From the NCBI GenBank assembly GCA_946965045.2, contig OX337231.1:1178001-1242000 (forward strand): 64,000 nt of DNA. The letters are read 5' to 3'. The notes beneath the pieces were generated by a model. It did not search any database. It had not been told where the DNA came from and saw only the letters and a list, made by a program, of their open reading frames with translations. Shown here one piece after another: positions 56,452-64,000 of the stretch. This DNA comes from Epithemia pelagica. Taxonomy: Eukaryota; Protista; Bacillariophyta. Each line of letters opens with the position of its first letter. The stretch's first letter is position 1. The position numbers and the translations under genes are program-made.

Positions 56452-57135
56452 ATATATTCTACTACGGTAGTAGATGGTCATTTAGAGTGTATGATAGGAG
56501 GAGAGTAATTGATGGTCTCTCTAGAGGAGTATTGTAGGAGTAGTTGATTACTCCTAATAATTACTCCTACTCCTCACGGTTTTCATCTAGCTAGAGTAGC
56601 TCTACCTACAAGTAAGTTGCCCTCATGATTCGTGATTCATTTCCCATAGTATCCGTCCTTCAATCACGAATTACAAGTATGCATTGCCTCAAGCTCGCGC
56701 GCACCAGGACAGCAGACAGCAGTCGCAAGTTCCTTCTGTTGGGAGAAGTAGGTAGAGGAACGCAACGAGAAAAATCCAAAAGATGCGGTGGGGGAAGTTG
56801 TGCGTGTGTGGTGGATGCATCTTTTCCATCCGCCGACTCCCGGATTGCGCACAAAGAGAGCAGCGGTTAAAGCTGCTCAATAAACCCCAGAGAGAGATAT
56901 CACAAGATTGATGAGGAGTGTTTTGGTTTTGAGGAATTTATCTATCGGCATCGGCATTGACCACACATGCGACTACTTTTACTGCTAGGGAGTAATAATG
57001 TCCGCAGGCAGGCAAGGCAACAGCGGCCAGCGGAAACAAGATTTCCGTGGACTTGAAAAAAAAGAACGGAAGGAGGTGCATAAACTGAAATCCAAACAAG
57101 GTATCAACGGACGATTACCTAGTCGCTACACAAAC

Positions 57136-59751
57136 ATGCTAATCCAGGTCCGGAAACTCAAGCCAACCACAGCCACGACGGCGGCGGCCCATGGTGGGTG
57201 GCTGTGGTGGACCGTGTGGGCGCTGTCGTTGCCACTGGCAGTGTTTGCAGCGCAGGAAGAATCGTTCACCACCACCATGACGACAGTTCTTCCCCAAACA
57301 ACAACAACCACACCAAGAAGAAGAAGAACTCAAACCACAAATCCAGGACATGATTCACAAGGACACCGTCGCTTGCAGCAAGAGACGCCGTCGACTGGAA
57401 GAGGCAACGTTACCATGAGCACCAATGCCATCTTCGATGTGACAGCCGTGGACCACGCGCCCGCACCGGCGGCTCATGTCGGTCACAAAACGGTCTTGGT
57501 CACGGGTGCCGCAGGCTTTGTGGGCAGTCATGTTGCCGAACTGCTCTTGTCACGAGGCGATCGCGTCATTGTCGTGGACGAAGTCAATGATTATTACGAC
57601 GTGGCCATTAAGGAATCCAATCTTCAATTGTTGCGAGACAAGGGTGGCAGCAATGTTCAAATTTATCGCGGTGATATTTGCAATGTCACATTGATGCAAG
57701 GCATTTTTGAAAACGAGCAACCCAATTGGGTGGTTCATTTGGCGGCCCGTGCCGGTGTGCGGCCTTCCATTCTCGATCCTTTTGTGTATATTCATTCCAA
57801 CATTCAAGGAACCACCCGGCTCTTGGAACTCGCCATTCAATACAAGGTGGTCAACTTTGTCATGGCATCCACCTCCTCCGTCTATGGAGGAAGCAAGTCC
57901 ACCCTCTTTGATGAACACGAAGATGTTGATTTTCCCATTTCGCCCTATGCGGCCTCCAAGCGCGTCACCGAGTTGATGGGGACCTATTATCACTCGAAAT
58001 TTGGATTACCCATTACAGCTCTTCGGTTCTTTACCGTGTACGGTCCTCGCGGACGCCCCGACATGGCGCCCTTCAAGTTTATTGATTGGACCGCTCGGGG
58101 CAAACCCATTCAACAGTTTGGCAATGGCAGTAGTAGTCGTGATTATACCTTTATCGATGACATTGTGGCCGGCGTGGTGGGTGCCTTGGATCGACCGACA
58201 CCGATTTACCAAAACGTCAATTTGGGCAAGGGCAGTGGAACCTCCTTGTCGCAATTTGTCCAATTGGTGGCCAAGTATGTGGGCAAGCAACCGGAAATCA
58301 AAATTTTGCCCGATCAACCCGGCGATGTTCCCTACACGTGTGCCAATGTCACACGCGCTCATGTCATGTTGGATTATACACCCAGTATCCCCTTTGAAAC
58401 GGGCATTGCCAAAACTGTGGAATGGTACAAACAAACCTACCCCTATAGTCTCGACGACAAGCCAAACCAGAACAAGGGAGCCGACACCACCAAGCAAGCT
58501 GGAGCAGACAAGGCAGTCGCCACCAAGGAAACCTCTCAAGTGAAGCGCCGTCGTCGATTGCAAAGCATAGGTCCCAATCAAGACAAGAAAAAGGTCCTGG
58601 TCGTGGCGCAGCAAGAATCGCCCCTCGTGACCGAACACGTCGTGAATCGTTTGACGGAACGAGGGGATTCTGTGGCTGTTCTGATACCCAATTCGTGCTT
58701 TCATGACGCCTTGGAAGATGTTCATGCCTATGGCTTTAAAGACATGGACCATGTTTCCATTCATACGGGATGTACCGACAATGCCACCTTTTTGGAACAA
58801 ATCTTTGCACGCGAATCACCCAACTGGGTCTGTTACCTCAACTCCTTGTCCAGTTCCACCGAGTCCAAAGAAGATCCTTACACCTACATTGATGTCAATA
58901 TTCAATCCTTTGTTCGTTTGTTGGAAGTGGTCCGAAAACACAAGGTCTTGAATCTCGTGGTGACCAGTTCGACGCAAGTGTACCAACCCGAACCGAAATG
59001 GCATTTTGAAAGTGAGACAATTCCCAAGTTTGATTCTCCCCATGCCGTGACACAAAAGGGTCGAGAATTGTTTGCCCACACCTGGCATTCTCTCTATGGG
59101 ATCCCCACGACAGCCCTTCGCATTCCTCAAGTCTATGGACCCGGCAAGTGCAGCTGGTGTGGGCATTTGCACCTGGAAGAATCCAACACTCTTGTCGTTG
59201 ATGAGGGAGAAATGACCCAAGTCCAGGAATTCATCTATGTGGACGATGCTGTCAATGGAATCCTCCGAGCATTGGACCGGCCCTATCCGTACCAGATTCT
59301 CAACCTTGGACAAGGAGAAGATTTTGTGGAGGAAGCCTGCCAATCCCAAGCCTCGCTCCGAAAAATGGTGTTGGCCAAGTTGAAGGGCCAGTTCTTTAGC
59401 ACCAACCTCATTAAACCATGTCGATTGGCGGGTGTGGATAAAGCACACGAACGATTGGGATTCGCCTCGCAAGTTCGATTGCGAGAAGGGATTGGAAGAA
59501 TGGCCCAGTGGTTTTGGGACCATCCCGAATTGCTGCCCCCGTCGGCCTTGCCCAAGCCTGTCCCCAATGGCAATGGACCACCACCCTTGCCATGGGAGGA
59601 GAATGGTACAGACACGCTTTCATCGCAAGCAGTCAGCAACGTGGTGGGACTCCCCAAGGGAGTAGAGGCATTGGCTCAAGTCCAATGGATCGTTGTGGGA
59701 ATATTTGCACTGTATAAACTCTTGTCGTGTGGACGGAAACGAAACACCTGA
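57136..59751 (+). CDS. GAE: UDP-glucuronate 4-epimerase-like protein with a second, degenerate SDR domain
   Basis: VLVTGAAGFVG, HLAARAGVRPS, YAASK, LRFFTVYGPRGRPDMAP, RDYTFIDDIV. A second epimerase-like repeat and a C-terminal transmembrane segment follow. The start codon is uncertain (ORF opens at 56998). Confidence 0.88.
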   Translation: MLIQVRKLKPTTATTAAAHGGWLWWTVWALSLPLAVFAAQEESFTTTMTTVLPQTTTTTPRRRRTQTTNPGHDSQGHRRLQQETPSTGRGNVTMSTNAIFDVTAVDHAPAPAAHVGHKTVLVTGAAGFVGSHVAELLLSRGDRVIVVDEVNDYYDVAIKESNLQLLRDKGGSNVQIYRGDICNVTLMQGIFENEQPNWVVHLAARAGVRPSILDPFVYIHSNIQGTTRLLELAIQYKVVNFVMASTSSVYGGSKSTLFDEHEDVDFPISPYAASKRVTELMGTYYHSKFGLPITALRFFTVYGPRGRPDMAPFKFIDWTARGKPIQQFGNGSSSRDYTFIDDIVAGVVGALDRPTPIYQNVNLGKGSGTSLSQFVQLVAKYVGKQPEIKILPDQPGDVPYTCANVTRAHVMLDYTPSIPFETGIAKTVEWYKQTYPYSLDDKPNQNKGADTTKQAGADKAVATKETSQVKRRRRLQSIGPNQDKKKVLVVAQQESPLVTEHVVNRLTERGDSVAVLIPNSCFHDALEDVHAYGFKDMDHVSIHTGCTDNATFLEQIFARESPNWVCYLNSLSSSTESKEDPYTYIDVNIQSFVRLLEVVRKHKVLNLVVTSSTQVYQPEPKWHFESETIPKFDSPHAVTQKGRELFAHTWHSLYGIPTTALRIPQVYGPGKCSWCGHLHLEESNTLVVDEGEMTQVQEFIYVDDAVNGILRALDRPYPYQILNLGQGEDFVEEACQSQASLRKMVLAKLKGQFFSTNLIKPCRLAGVDKAHERLGFASQVRLREGIGRMAQWFWDHPELLPPSALPKPVPNGNGPPPLPWEENGTDTLSSQAVSNVVGLPKGVEALAQVQWIVVGIFALYKLLSCGRKRNT

Positions 59752-59976
59752 TAGGGAGAAAAATATCAACAGAGGGCTCGGTATACGTACCACTACCACA
59801 CGCTCTGTAGCATTCTATACTATAATCATTGCATCAAAGTAACAACACTGTCAGTAGCATTTCAACAGTTGTCTATCTGATGGCAAAATTTCTGAATCTA
59901 CATTGTTAAACATGGTATGCCGCAAATCGTTATTGAATTCTGTATTAGCTAGAGGCGAAGTCAGTGGTCACCAAAC

Positions 59977-62900
59977 TTAGACGACTCCAGTAGTATCTTT
60001 GAGGTTTCGTCCTCCACGCTCGGAATAAATTTCCGTATCGATTGTGTCCTCAACGAGGAAGCGATGGACAAAGACAGTTTTCTTTTGGCCGTATCGACGT
60101 ATACGACCAATGGCTTGAGTCTCATACGCATCATACTGCTGTTGGGAACCAGCAAGTAACGGGTGAACAAAGACGGCATGGTTCAAGCTTGTGAGGTTGA
60201 GGCCTGCACTTTGTTCATCATCCATTTTCAGCAGAAGAATGCGGGGATCGCTTGGACTTGGCTTCTCTTTCTGGAAAACGCTTAATGATTTCACCTGCTG
60301 CTTGACAGAACCTTTTACTTGAATCACAGTGAGGTCATTTTCTTCAAGAGCTTCCGCAACTTTATCTTTCAAGTCGTCAAATTGACTAAACACAAGGACA
60401 CGGTCCCCAGAGGCAACTACCTCTTTCACCTTGTTCACCACCGCGGACAGTTTACATCCGTAGCGACCAGAAGAATCAGGTACTTGCAAATTTAATCGGT
60501 TGCTTGAAATCACATGTGCCGAGCTCACATCCGCACTACATCTTGGATGTTCAATGCACTTCCCTTCCGATGCGTGGGACTCAAGACATGCGAGGCAACC
60601 AAAGTGCCCACATGACGTCAAAATCGCAACTTCATCAACACTGAGGTTTTCCTTGTTGCAGCTTGTGCAACGGAACCTGCGGGAAGGCTCTTGTAATGCA
60701 AACACGTGCTCAACGAAGCGAAGGCTACGTACGCGTCCACAGAGCTCCTTGCCGTAGGATCGGATAGTAAACATGTAGTTGTGCAAGGCCCTCTTCATGG
60801 GATACAAATTTTCCAATGTCGGCAATTTTTTCTTGGCGGCACCAAAATATTCTTGATTGACAGCTTCGAAAATTGTGTCCTGCTGTTTGGGATTGGTCTT
60901 GAATGCAGCTTCTCCCAACTGGGCTAAAGTCCTGAGACGATCGTGGACGTCTTCGTCAGCTCCATGTGAAACACTTCGGCTCTCTGCGACTTCCGAAAGG
61001 TAGGCGTTCAGTGCACTAGCAACTTCGCCCTTTTCCACTTTCCTGGCGTCATTCCAATCGGGCTGAAGTCCGAGGATGCAATGATGCTGACGATACGACG
61101 ACGCGACACCTTCAATGATTTCACGCTCAAGCCTCTTGATTTCTGACTTACGAATGCGAATGACGTCACATATCTTTTCGGCAGCGTTTTTAGCATTCTT
61201 GTCCATATCAAAGTGGGTACAAGCCTTCAACAAAGCTTCTTCTGCTGTTTGTGCCCCACAGAGGATCTTCTGCATTCGACTGTCTCTGTCACCTCTGCTT
61301 TTCTTTTTACTTTTTTGTGCATTTTTACTATTCATATCAAGACTTTTCAAATGGGTTTCCAATTCCAAGTAGATCGCTCGCTCTGCTGGGGGGAGTTCCA
61401 GACGATAGAGTGGCTCTTCTGAAGGTATTTCACTTATTTCTGCTACATTTTGTCGCACGAATCTATCCAAGAACGTCTGAGCGATTCTGTGACGACGTTC
61501 ATGCCACTGCATAGATCGAATTTCCAGAAATTGGCTGAGGTTCTCCAGTCCAGTTTTCTCCGCAGCTCTCTGTCCACGACCCAAACTCAGCTTTTTCCCA
61601 GGAAGTGTCTCGTCCACACCCAAGTGCAATCCCAGCAAATTGGCAAGAGTTTTGATGTCATTGAAGTTCCTGAGAAATACGTACGTTAAAGTAGAAGTGA
61701 GAAAGAACGTTCGAGAAAGACCCATGTGATTCTTTGACAACTTACGCATGTTGGGGTGTTCCAGAAAGACACCACCGAAATGAAGACTTGAGTCCCAACA
61801 ATAAGGAAAGGACTCTCTCGCGTTCGGTGTCGACGAGATAAGTGAATCTGAATAGTGGATATGGTGAGATATCAAGACTTGCTTACGGGTTGGCTTTGGT
61901 TCCTCATATACGTACTCATCAACAACAATTCGGTTCCAGAAGAATGCCTCCAGCGGTGGGCTTTTCATCCTTTCGTAAGAGCTCATCTTGCTGGAAAGGC
62001 ACCAGGGGTTACGTTCATTCTTTTCGACAGTTGGTGCTTTCAGCTTTCCTTTACTTGTAGTTGGATCGGTCTTGTAAATTGCTTTCTTTCCATCTAGTCG
62101 AACGTGACCGTTGTTCGCCTCGTTCACCAAATTACGCGCATCGGTTTCAATCGCTTCATACACAGAGTTGCAATCATCTTTCAAATGTGACGCTCGATCA
62201 GGAAGAAGTGAGAGGCATTGGCTGTAAACCGTGTCGAAGAGCCTTCCCCCTTTCCCCCCATTTGGGAAACTATCAGGATTGATTCCTACCAAACGAGCCA
62301 GTCGCTTAAAGTATGTTTCATTGCAGAGAACTCTGAAGCTGACAATCACAATATCTGCGTTAACAATCGCACCGATTGTAGCGTTGCCGATACTCTTCAT
62401 GTCTTCAAGACAGACAACTCGCTTGGAAGCCCCCAAAAACTTCTTGACCTCGTCTGGCCATTGTCCCATCCTATAAAAGTCACGTGTTAGTGCCGTTCAT
62501 ATGATACTTAATCTCGTGGTGCTCGTCTGGGCTACGTACAAGTGTCCTGGCACTATGACCAAGGTTGCTTTGGTCGGTATCAATTTTTCACAAGAACCTC
62601 CAGGAGGTTTCGGGACGTCGCGTGCTGAATCAATCAAGCCCAATGTAATCGCAGTTTTACCATACCCAACCTGCAGCAAGCAAAGGGATTAGTGTCTGGT
62701 AGCATTTCATCGGTACCAAAAGAAGCATTCACCAACTTACCTCATCTGGTTAAAGTAAGAGAGACATAAATGAAAGAGAGCATACCGTCGTGAGGTTCAT
62801 ATGCATAAAGAAATTCTATAAACCACTCTTCGGACAATGTTCGTTGTATCAGCAATGCTCACACACTCACCTGCAATAATACCTCCTCTAACCAGTACAG

Positions 62901-64000
62901 GGCGCTGCACGCGGCCTTCCGCTCTCCAGTTCAGACCTGGTAAAATCTCTTCTGTGACTTCTTCCTCGTAGAATGGTTCTGTTGATTCCTCTTGTCTTAG
63001 CATCCACTTCAGTGAACGCAACTGCTCGCGTCTTAATGGATACTTGATGAACTTGGGAGGCTGGAGGGCCTCATCATCCGATTTGTTGGAAGTAAAAGTT
63101 AGGGTTTCAAATCGAATCTTCGCTTGATCCACATGCGGCACGATTCGAAAATTGTACTCAATGTCGCTGTCAGGTGAGAAGTCGCGAGATGACTTTCGCA
63201 CGAGAGAGTTCCGCGGGAAGCATCCGTAGGCACGCTGTACCAAACTGAACACGTTGCAACCTATCGAGAGAGTTCTCAATTCTGGGGAGGTGCTTTCAGA
63301 CAATCGAGCCGACCATGGATTGGGGCGCTCCTTCAACATTCGTTCAAAAACTGCCGCCTGTCGGCCATCTTCCACTGGCAGGTAAAGACGTTGTTTCCCT
63401 TTTTCGACAATAGTCCACTGTGTAAATGGCCTCTCTGGGGAACACCGGCTACACAAAGCATCGTCCCCATCAGTCTGCTCCAATGAACTACGATCAAGGG
63501 TGATCCAACCTGAATCGGACTGCTTCTGATTAAGCGCATCCGGTATTGACAGACGAGACGTCAAGAACGCCAAACTCTCCAGAACGCCCTTAGATTTTGT
63601 CATGTTGAGTTCAAGGCAATCGTGCCTCAGACATGGACTGAGCATTTTGTTCACCTTGGAGACGGGAACAGTACATGTGATTATCTCTGCACATGACCTC
63701 CACCCTTCCATACTGAGTTTTACCTTTCCAGATGGATCTCCGATGGGTTTGGAAACGAGGGATGTAGTTGACCAGCCTTTTCGTTCCTTCGTACAAAGAC
63801 AGGAATCTAGTGCCTTCACCCACACGCCAGGAGTAGAAGCATGTGCAGTATTTTCGTATTCACTGTGATCGTTCATGTTGAAAAGGGGAGTAAAATCCGG
63901 ATTTATGTGGAGAATGTGATCTCGGTATTCATCATGAGAGGTTCGGTGGCAAGTGTGGGCTATCACATAGTGGTCAGACGCAGCCAATGATTTCCTGCCG
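59977..64000 (-). CDS. DNMT5: 3' part of a DNMT5-like C5-methyltransferase/SNF2 ATPase gene; the methyltransferase domain would lie beyond the window
   Basis: CSRCSP.RP, ED...FERMLKERP, LRREQLRSLKWM..QE, EEEV.E..L..LNWRAEG, RGGIIADEVGYGKT, VVDEFTY, WCLSGTP, RING, QAIGRIRRYGQ. Introns: 62746-62870, 62671-62740, 62471-62539, 61848-61915, 61670-61745. Confidence 0.8.
62741..62745 (-). other. 5-nt microexon (ATGAG) in the SNF2 motif I of the DNMT5-like gene
   Basis: Flanked by ...TTTAACCAG and GTAAGT. It is required to read GCA G|AT GAG|GTT GGG TAT GGT AAA ACT = A-D-E-V-G-Y-G-K-T. Confidence 0.88.

Overview
Eukaryotic genomic DNA, most likely from a pennate diatom. This is inferred from short GT-AG introns of about 70-190 bp, a bipartite plastid-targeted lumazine synthase, a DNMT5-type gene and GT77/GT95-96 expansions. 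The window has three zones. (1) 1-~19,110 is the right part of a very large, partly decayed Plavaka/CACTA(EnSpm)-type DNA transposon whose left end lies outside the window. It carries the transposase, a divergently transcribed spliced helper gene, a TET/JBP-like 2OG-Fe(II) dioxygenase, a Cys-rich gene and a ~2,200-codon polyprotein (Ulp1-like region, three RING fingers, tandem GW/WG repeats, RGG-rich tail). (2) ~19,105-25,644 is a piggyBac-like element with ~250-bp imperfect TIRs, an intron-containing broken transposase with a long N-terminal extension, and two cargo ORFs. (3) 25,800-64,000 holds host genes: EMC10, two GT77 genes, a 2-hydroxyacid dehydrogenase, ribH, a YbjN-like gene, two HPAT/SERGT-like genes, RUVBL1, a PhoX-like/DNRLRE protein, a LURP/Tubby-like protein, a two-domain UDP-glucuronate epimerase, and the 3' part of a DNMT5-like gene with a 5-nt microexon. 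At 31.4-37.5 kb an A-[B...B]-A rearrangement looks like re-integration of a circular DNA; it fuses a probable mitochondrial presequence in frame to a Crinkler-type NTPase-nuclease. All domain calls come from motif recognition by eye; no database searches were run. No rRNA, tRNA or CRISPR array was recognised.
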